DNA of 64,000 bases, taken from assembly GCA_951406725.2 (NCBI GenBank), contig OX597824.1, positions 84,692,001 through 84,756,000 of the forward strand, in the 5' to 3' direction. Each line of letters starts with the position of its first letter. Position 1 is the stretch's first letter. Below the pieces are notes generated by a model. It did no database searches, had not been told where the DNA came from, and saw only the letters and a program-made list of their open reading frames with translations. Source of the stretch: Octopus vulgaris. Lineage: Eukaryota. The translations under genes were made by a program, and so were the position numbers. Below, one piece after another: positions 53,398 through 64,000 of this stretch.

Positions 53398-56300
53398 TTA
53401 AACATTTATGCTGTGTTTTTGTTTTTTAGACTCATACATGGCTATGAAATTGTAGTTAAGAAGGTATCATCATCATCATTGTTTAAAGCCCGTTTTCCAT
53501 GCTAGCATGGGTTGGACGGTTCGACCGGGGTCTGGGAAGCCAGGAGGCTGCACCAGGCTCCAATCTGATCTAGCAGTGTTTCTACAGCTGGATGCCCTTC
53601 CTAACACCAACCACTCTGCGAGTGTAGTGGGTGCTTTTTATGCGCCACCGGCACAGGGGCCAGCATCCATGATTGGTTGGTGCTTTTTACGTGCCACCGG
53701 CACGGATGCCAGTCAAGGTGGTGCTGGCATTGGCCACGTTCGGATGGTGTTTTTTACATGCCACCAGCACGGGTATCACAACTACAATTTCCATTTAATT
53801 TTTATTTTCATGTTGATGTACTTGACTCAATAGGTCTCCTCAAGCACAGCAGGTTGCCCTACGATCCAAGGTAAGCACAGCGGGCCATCCTGCAAGCCAT
53901 GAACTCTCTTTATTTGTCAGTTCATTGATTTTCACTTTTTGCATGGTTTCTATGACTGAGTGTTCGTCCTAATCCTAACCACTTTATAGGCTGCACTTGG
54001 TGCATTTTATCAGAGTACCAAGATCAGAAATTCTTTTCTGTCCTCCACTAGACAAAAGGGCTTCTTTCAACCACAAGTTGTTCTCCACTTGCTTACCAAC
54101 TCTTTTAGAGAGTGTACTACTTGCATTTTATCATGACATCAGCACAAGGTTAGGGAATCCTTACTATTCCATAGTATTTCTCTTTGTTCAAAATGGAGAG
54201 ACCAAGAAAATGAATGTATGACAGAGCAATAACCAGGGTAGGTTGATGAAGGGAGCAAGAATGTGACAGGAAAAACAGTGATTGAGTGAGAAGGTAGTAG
54301 ATGGAATAGAAGAATAACTGTGCTAGAGGGAGTTGTAGAAGAGAGCCAGTGATGGCAGCTGCATGTCTGCTGAAAGAGATCGACAGATGTATGTAAACAA
54401 ACATGAGCAACAGTAAAATTGATGGATGTCAATAATGAATGGCCTAGAAAAGAGAGAGAGTGATGGCATTGTGTATTAGATACAAAGCAGCTCTGATGCT
54501 ATTCTTCATACATAGGCATCTTGTTTGGAGAGAAAAGTAGAGTAATTAGGGTGGTGGTGAAATGTGCTCTGGTCTGTCATCTCTTGTTATATGGATGACA
54601 TGATGAAGTCAATGGTAGAAGTGAGTGGAGAAAGTGAATACAAGAGAGAGGGGAACAGTCTCTAGTTGCAAGAGCAGCATTGTGCAGTGGCTAGGAAAGA
54701 TCCACAACAATCCCTTGTTACGGAGTAAACATGTTACTGTGAATTGAAGAAAACAAGTGGAGAGAATATGATCAATAGAAACAAGTGATAAGGATGAATG
54801 GGAGAGAGTGAATGGTAACAAGATGAAAGTGTCTCACAGATGAAAGGTTAACAAGGGAGTATTAGACGGGGCCCCACGTACTTCTCCAGCTAGTAACTCT
54901 CAATGTTTTGCCATGCTTGCATGGGTCTCCTTTAGCACTGTGTCACCAATTATCACAGGCATTTGTCATCTCCTCAGTGAAGCTCAGCATCTTCAGACAG
55001 GCCTTCACCAATTCATACCATGTTTACCTAGGTTTCCCCTTTTCAGTCTTGGCATGTCTTTATACAACTCTCATCCTCCACACACATCACCTGCAGTTTT
55101 CTCTCTTGCAAACTGGACCTGATTCCTCTTATATCCAGCTTTTCTCTCAGGTCATCCATTACACAATGGTTACTATCTAGTGGATCATATTAGCAACATT
55201 TCTCAAGTCATTGTCTCAATACTATACTCAATTTATACACAATCACCATAAAGTCTGCTCTTCATTCAAGGGGGAACTTTTTGTTAACAGCAAAGGTAAC
55301 AGTAACAGTGGGTTAACAAAACTTTGTGAAAGAAGCCTATTACATACATGGTGGCTGCCCCCTCATTATCGAGTATGGCCATTGCACGAAGCTTAATCAA
55401 TGTTGTTATCGTGCAATGCCTGTGCAAGAAGATCTTTTTAAAGTGAGGAAAGGCTGTGCACTGAGTCAATCCCACTCACTAAGCAACAGCAGCCATAATC
55501 CGAAAAGAACAAGTCAACATCATCGGTAACCACTGAGCCGCAGGTTTTATATCGGAGTTATCCCAGTTACCTGAGTTACCTTCTCCTAGAAGGATGCCCT
55601 AACAAAGGCTAGGAGTCCTTCACTCCCAGTGGTTTAACTGCGCAATCAGGTATTCAGTCCGATTATTTCTATGTCCCCGTGCATGATACAGCCTTAAGAC
55701 ATTTATTGGATGGCCTTTGACTCTCAAGATTTCCTCCGCCCTTTGATGGGTTTTGCTTTTCATCCCGCACAGTGTCCAATAAACACCCTCCTCACCAAGC
55801 AAACTTGGTGGGGTTGCCGGTTTAGTCGCCGATGACCCAACCATGCAACAGGTTGTACTGGGTTACATGTTACATACATACATACATATATACACACACA
55901 TTACATACATACATTACATTACATACATACATTACATACATACATTACATACATACATACATTACATACATACATTCATTACATACACACACATTACATA
56001 CATACATACATACAGACAGACAGGCAGGCAGAGAGATATATAGATAGATAGATAGATAGATACACACAGAGAGTACACCAATACTCAGACACACACACCT
56101 GCATATGCATATACATGTAAAGATTAATGTCTTTACATATTTCTAGAAGCTGTTACTTCTGCTGTTAACAAAGAGTTGCTCTCTGAGTGAAGAGCAGATT
56201 TTATGGTGATTGCATATGAATTGTGTGTAGTAGTGTGACAATGACTTGAGGCGTGTAGCAAATATGATCAATTGGATATGTAATAGTTGTGTAATGGATG

Positions 56301-56742
56301 AACTGAGAGATTTGTTTTATGCATGGGTTTCTATACTAGGTGGGTCACATGAACACACGTTGGAACATTGTTTTTACAGCTCGATGCTCTTCCGGTTACT
56401 GGCCTTTACCTGATTTTCAAATAAAAGAGTTTTGGGTATATGTGTGAGCATGTGTATGAATATATATCCATATATGTAAATATGTGTATGGGTATATATC
56501 CATATATGTAAGTATGTGTATGGGTATACATCCATATATGTAAGTATGTATATGGATATATATTCATACACATGTGCACACACATATCAAAAACCATTTT
56601 ATTTGAAAATCAGATAAAGGCTAGTAACAAGTATATACTTGCAAGTATATGTATGTATATTTGGTTATATGTGTGTGTATACGTATATGCATGTATTTAT
56701 GTATGGGTATATGTGTACATATATATACATATATAAGTACAT

Positions 56743-56809
<67 letters not shown>

Positions 56810-57619
56810 CATGTACATTATCATCATTTAGCAACTGCTTTCCATGCTGGCATGGGTTAGATGATTTCACTGAAACTGGTAAGCTGGAGTGCTGCACCAG
56901 GTTCCAATCTGATTTTGCATGGTTTCTATGGCTGGATGCCCTTCCTGATGCCAACCACTCCAAGAGTGTAATGGGTGCTTTTTACGTGCCACTGGCATGG
57001 GTGCCAATTATGTGACACCAGCATTGGCCACAACAATGATTTCACTTGGTTTGATGAGTTTTCTCAAGCATGGCATTATGCCAATAGTCTCGGTCACTTA
57101 TCACCTCCACTATTACCATGCCACTGGCATGAGAGCCTCACTACCAATATGTATGTATGTATATATATATATATATGTACATGTGTGTGTGTGCATAACC
57201 AGCCCAGTACCCTTCAATTATTGGTCAATAAACTGTGCTTGCAAAGACCTGTTGAGGCAAGTGAAATCATTGTCATGGACGATGACAATACCACCTGATT
57301 GGCAACCGTGCCAGTGGCGTGTAAAATGCACCATTCAAGCGTGGTTGATGCCAGTACTGCCCCACGTGCCAGTGGCACGTAAAAAGCACCCACTACACTC
57401 TCAGAGTGGTTGGCGTTAGGAAGGGCATCCAACTGTAGAAACTTTGCCAGATCAGATTGGAGCCTGGTGTAGCCTTCTGGCTAGCCAGTCCTCAGTTAAA
57501 TCATCCAACCCATGCCAACATGGAAAGCGGATGTTAAACGACAGTGATGTGATATATAAAATAAAAAGGTACAACTAAAGAATGAGACTTCAATATTAGA
57601 TAAATAGAGGACTATTTAT

Positions 57620-57872
57620 ATATGTTATAATTTAGAACAGTAAAAGGTAGGTCATTATAGTACTCAGAGTTTCGAATGTCGGAGCGAAGAGCTATGATAC
57701 ATAATCGTCGGCTATTAATGTAATAAGTGACTGAGACCTTTGGCAATATGCCATGCTTGAGAAAACTCATCAAACCAAGGGAAATCATAGCCAACAAGAA
57801 TGTATCATAGTTCTACGCTCCGAGTACTATAATGACAACCTTTTACTGTTTGTTCTAAATAACAACGTATAT
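57620..57872. repeat. Inverted pair of Penelope-like termini, each with a hammerhead remnant
   Basis: tttagaac..agtaaaaggt.gtcattatagtactc versus gagtactataatgac.accttttactg..gttctaaa. Confidence 0.8.
57652..57720 (-). ncRNA. Type I hammerhead ribozyme-like motif (best preserved in the window)
   Basis: Minus strand CATTAATAG-CCGACGA-TTATGT...ACATTC-GAAAC-TC-T-GA-GTA-CTATAATG: stems I to III, intact GAAA, GUA cleavage triplet; U4 is C and the stem II base is mismatched. Confidence 0.65.
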
Positions 57873-58762
57873 ATATATATCATCATCATCGTTTAACGTC
57901 CGCTTACCATGCTAGCATGGGTTGGACGGTTCAACTGGGGTCTGGGAAGCCCGAAGGCTGCACCAGGCCCAGTCTGATCTGGCAGTGTTTCTACAGCTGG
58001 ATGCCCTTCCTAACGCCAGCCACTCCGTGAGTGTAGTGGGTGCTTTTTACGTGCCACCTGCACAGGTGCCAGACGAGGCTGGCAAACGGCCACGATCGGA
58101 TGGTGCTTTTTACGTGCCACTGGCATGGAGGCCAGTCAGGGCAGTGCTAGCAACGGCCACGTTCAGATGGTTCTCTTACGTGCCACCGGCACTGGTATCA
58201 CAGCTACAATTGTTGATCGATATACACACACACACACAAACACACATATATACACACATGCACACACACACACACACACACGTGTATAATCATCATCATC
58301 AACTAACATCCCAGTCATGGTTTCTGATGCAGAATTCACAATAATCCTGATGATTTGGGATAAAAACATCACTTTGAATTAATTTAATTCAAATTAATTT
58401 AAATTGGTAAATTATGTATCTTAATACATAATTATGGAATTAATGATGTTTGTTGCTAATGAAACAGCTGTTGAGCATAAATTGAGGACTGTTAATAAAA
58501 TTTGTACTTTTATGCTTTTTAATTCTAAACATACAGTACATATATTTTGTCCATATAGTAAGTTGTTATGTCAGTAAAAGAAACACATTCACTGGTTCTA
58601 TTTTATTGCTTGTATTATAATTACGGCTCCCATGCCGGTGGCACATAAAAAGCATTATTCGAGCATGGTCAATGCCAGTGCTGCCTGACTCGCCCCCGTA
58701 CCAGTGACATGTAAAAAGCATGCCACTTTATTTTACTGAACGTGCGTGTATGTGTATACATA

Positions 58763-59914
<1,152 letters not shown>

Positions 59915-60200
59915 GTCCCTAAATGTGAATTGGCGCAAACTGCTGTTTATATCAATTCTGTGTGTGTCTCCTTGTCTTGAGATCATGTGACAGCTGTAAA
60001 TGAGTATCACTGTCATACAAGCAGTGTCATTCATTTCCAATATTCTTTGAAAACACGTCTGACCATGGGAAAAAGAAAACATGTGATTGTTGGTGACAAT
60101 AAGGGCATCCAACTATTGAAAATCTGCCTCGATAAAACTCCATTCAACCGATGCAGCATGAAAAAGTGAACAATAAAACAATGATTATACACACACACAC

Positions 60201-60271
<71 letters not shown>

Positions 60272-60673
60272 TGTGTGATTTTGAAGCCCGTTTTTCAACC
60301 ATATAGTTTCAGCTTCAGTCACAATATGCTGCACCTTGAGCACGTGTCTTCTTCAATAGCCTTGGCCAACAAACATTTTGTGAATGAATTTGGGAGCCAG
60401 AAAATGTGTGGAAGCCCGTATGTGTGTATTTGTCCGTGATCATTGATTGAGAACCGGCGTTGGTTTGTTTATATCCCTGTAATCTAGAGGTATGGCGAAA
60501 TAGGCGGACATAATAAGTACCTTATTTAAAAATAAACATTTGAGACGATTTGTTCGACAGAACAAATTCAAGGCGGTACCTCAGCATGACCAAAGTTCAA
60601 GGAGTGATAAACAGACAAACACACATAGATGTGCATGTGGATATATATATATAAACATATATGTGTATGTATA

Positions 60674-60717
<44 letters not shown>

Positions 60718-60826
60718 CATGTATGTGTATGTATATATATAATCATGTATGTGTATGTATGTGAGTATATATATATATATATATATATCTATGTACTTAC
60801 ATGTATGTGTATGTATATATATAAAC

Positions 60827-60873
<47 letters not shown>

Positions 60874-61012
60874 AATAAACATGTATAAACATGTATATAT
60901 ATATATATACATTATAAGTGTGTACATACATTTGTGTATACATGTACACACATCTGTCCCTCTTCGTAAATGAATATATGTATATATAATAATATTAGTG
61001 AGTATAACTCCA

Positions 61013-61079
<67 letters not shown>

Positions 61080-61457
61080 GTAAGTGTGTATAAACTAAGA
61101 AATTATCGCCTCGGACTTATGAGCGATGCTGTTGTTCTCTGGACGGAAGCGTTTGAACTGCACGCTGTTGGTGGTAGAAAAGTTACGGAAGGGAAAAAAA
61201 GAAACATTTTCTACAGAATGAAACTCATGAAAAAAACAGATAAACCACATGAATTTTGACTGAACCTCGTGGAACTGGTGTGTAAGAAAGTTGTGGACGG
61301 GTGAGAAGACCAGTTTAGGGGACATAACGATATTATATTGTGGTTTTCATGTGTCGTCTGGTCTAATCATTTGGTAGACATGGCTGTAGCTTTGACGTAC
61401 GAGGCTTCGTAATATGGAGTAAAAGTTCGAAAGATAAAAGAAACTTTCACAGCTTAC

Positions 61458-61560
61458 CCGGTGAGAATGATGGTGATGATGATAACTGGTGGATTGGTGT
61501 CGGTGGAACGGAGTCTGGACAACAGGTTCCGTGAGTAAATAGAGACGGTTTCGATACCAT
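61458..61560 (-). CDS. First coding exon of a large minus-strand gene (putative inositol-trisphosphate 3-kinase, long isoform): MVSKPSLFTHGTCCPDSVPPTPIHQLSSSPSFSP+G
   Basis: ATG at 61560 in GTAATGG context; strong donor CCGG|GTAAGC at 61458/61457, phase 1, matching the phase-1 acceptor at 22474 (G+TG = Val). Lies in a locally CpG-richer, repeat-free zone. Confidence 0.7.
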
Positions 61561-62500
61561 TACGAGCAGTATAAAGTTTGTTTTTGTTAATGGCAGAAAA
61601 AGTTCAAAACAGTGGTGGTAGTGGTAGTAGTAGTAGTAGTAATGGTGGTGGGAGTGGGAGCTGACACGGTGGTAGGAGGAAAAAAGCAAAAGAAAGATAA
61701 ATACGGAGCGATGAATAGTGGAGGGAAAGAGTGGAGAAAGCAACAAAGTGACACTGAGTGTGGGAGGGAGGAAGGGGAGGGAGGAAGGGGAGGAAGACAA
61801 ACTAGTTTGACAGAAATATTGAATGAGGTGCGCTGATGACAAAGTTACAGAGGAAGAGGAGATAGATAGATAGATAATTAGAGAGGGAGGGAAAAGAGAC
61901 GACAAAGGAGTAGGAAGAGGAGAAATTTTAAAAAGTTAGGCAAGTGGTATAAAAGACAATACTGGTGAAAGAGTGATTGAAGAAGACGGAGGCCTGCACA
62001 AGGTGAAAGATTTTTTATAGATATAGTTGAAAGCAGAAAGAGGGACGATATCTGTTGTGTAGGTAGGCCCAAGTCGGATCTGATCGAGCAGACCTATGAG
62101 CAAAGGTATTCCAGCTCGGTCCATCCAGTTTTTTTTTCATTCATTCATAGTGTCCTTTTATATGCCAACGACACTTATCTATCAGTCATCATCATCACCA
62201 TCATTCTCACCGAGAAGTTCGAGGGAACAGAACGGCCGTGTAGCGGCGGAAGGGGTGTCTCTGGAAAAGTGATGATAGGAGAAATTTATGAAGAAAAGAA
62301 AAGAGAGAAAGATAAACCAACAGCTATGACTTTGAAGAGAGGAATAAAAAAAAGTGAAAGGTTGAAAAGAATAACGAGGGAGGAAAGAAAGAGAAAAGAA
62401 GTTGTGTGGGGGAAAAGAGGAGGAGGACAATGCGAAGTGTTGTGTGTGTACAGACATTGTTATAGAGTGTCGTACAACAGTTGGTTTGTATTATGAAATA
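61561..62500 (-). promoter_or_regulatory. Putative 5' UTR/promoter region of the gene
   Basis: Directly upstream of the first coding exon, free of recognisable transposons, more CpG than background, long pyrimidine-rich tracts on the minus strand. The TSS cannot be placed. Confidence 0.4.
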
Positions 62501-62648
62501 GTGTAATTGGTGATTGTGTGGGCAGCGATTATTTTCGTTGCAGCTGAAGAAGTAAATTTATTAGATGTCGAATGATGATGACGATATTGAACCCTAGGTC
62601 AGACCTGGTTGTCCAGACATCTCAACCGTGGCTGTCCGCATTATATAC

Positions 62649-62867
62649 AGAGTGCGGTGAATATATTGTCTAAATTACGTAAAAATGAAAATAATACTGA
62701 CAGGAGTGGCTGTGTGGTATGTAGCTTGCTAACCAACCACATGGTTCCGGGTTCAGTCCCACTGCGTGGCATCTTGGGCAAATGTCTTCTACTATAGCCT
62801 CGGGCCGACCAAAGCCTTGTGAGTAGATTTGGTAGACGGAAACTGAAAGAAGCCTGTCGTATGTATG

Positions 62868-62898
<31 letters not shown>

Positions 62899-63884
62899 TT
62901 GTGTGTCTGTGTTTGTCCCCCTAGCATTGCTTGACAACCGATGCTGGTGTGTTTACGTCCCCGTCACTTAGCGGTTCGGCAAAAAGAGAGACCGATAGAA
63001 TAAGTACTGGGCTTACAAAGAATAAGTCCCGGGGTCGATTCGCTCGACTAAAGGCGGTGCTCCAGCATGGCCGCAGTTAAATGACTGAAACAAGTAAAAG
63101 TAGAGTAAGTATCTCATTTTAACAGATATATTTACCAAAATTACATAAAAATATCTTGAAATACTAAAGAATAAATTTTATTAGACGACTTTGGGATTTC
63201 CTGCAACTCTTCTGTACGATCTCCTTGTTTAAGTTGGTAAATGCTGCCATAATTTTTGCCTTCAGTTCATCTTTGGTGTTACAAGGTGTTTTGTTGGTCT
63301 TCCTTGATTATTATAATTAAGGTGGCTGCAGTCTGGCGAGTTGGGTGACCAGGTGTTAGGGATGATATGGTCGCAGAATTGCCTGACCGTCATGACTGGA
63401 TTCTCCTGCTTGTGTTGCATGAGGCAAAGTCCTGTTGCCTACCTTCCCCAGGCACTTGATGTAGGCCTCCGTGTTGAGTCTGAGGCCGTGTGGGAAGATG
63501 AATGGAAGCATAACGTCGCCATCACTAGTGATTACTTCAAACTAAAGGCTGGGGGTGATTACTCCAAGCACCATGATGTTGACTGGATGTTTGATTTTCA
63601 TCACTCTCGGTACATGTCCTCAGATTGCATTGTCCCAATTGGCCCCCAAACATTCTCAAATGTTCCGGCGCGAGTGCCAAGCAGTACAGCATGTCGTTTC
63701 CAAATCTCTGGCAGAGTGAATCGCGTCATGGTGTTGTTTTTCTCACAGATCCTACTGTACTGTATAATAAACAAAATCAACTGATCCTACTATGTAGTCC
63801 ACAAAATGTAAGTCCACAATATCAAAAACAAACAATGCACATGCGCGAAATTAGAAATATAAAATTACAATTTACCCATCGCAC

Positions 63885-63887
<3 letters not shown>
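62649..63887 (-). mobile_element. Tc1/mariner-superfamily (maT/DD37D-like) transposon, deleted, interrupted by a SINE
   Basis: Minus-strand fragments KHPVNIMVLGVI, DVMLPFIFPHGLRLNTEAYIKCL, WSPNSPDCSHL and NTKDELKAKIMAAF; imperfect TIRs cagagtgcggtgaata / tacccatcgcaccatg. Confidence 0.75.
62701..63105 (+). mobile_element. Young full-length copy of the abundant tRNA-derived SINE
   Basis: caggagtggctgtgtggt A-box, gggttcagtccc B-box-like, internal (TA)(TG), CpG-rich body, gactgaaacaagtaaaag tail. Confidence 0.92.
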
Positions 63888-63915
<28 letters not shown>

Positions 63916-64000
63916 TGTCGAAGTCAAGTCATGACCAAGTAAAATCACTTCCTAAGCTCAGTAAGTCCTTGCAAATATTCCGAAAGACGAAGTGCCGTTC

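Noticed and set aside
61561-61905. In-frame upstream extension of the first exon
   Set aside because: Starts at TTG and is low-complexity pyrimidine-rich sequence; more likely 5' UTR that is open by composition.
63341-63942. Plus-strand ORFs of 147 and 105 aa
   Set aside because: Antisense to the decayed Tc1/mariner transposase.

Overview
AT-rich, microsatellite- and transposon-dense eukaryotic DNA. The SINE families and (TA)n/(CA)n load look like an octopus (coleoid cephalopod) genome, which is an inference from repeat style. Almost the whole window is intron of one large minus-strand gene. I see a first coding exon at 61458-61560, a ~39-kb intron, a 1.2-kb Ser-rich exon at 21279-22474 (splice phases match), and a probable alternative first exon at 2008-2160; the gene continues beyond position 1. 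The end of the large exon resembles the region just before the CaM-binding/catalytic domain of inositol-trisphosphate 3-kinases (moderate confidence). The introns hold decayed mariner, maT-like, pogo, piggyBac, hAT and Helitron elements, RTE and CR1 LINE fragments and many SINEs. The most striking unexplained structure is a set of fold-back (long inverted repeat) elements carrying degenerate type I hammerhead ribozyme cores, the signature of Penelope-like elements. One of them has a tRNA-like SINE head. Most ORFs in the supplied track are microsatellite or repeat artefacts.
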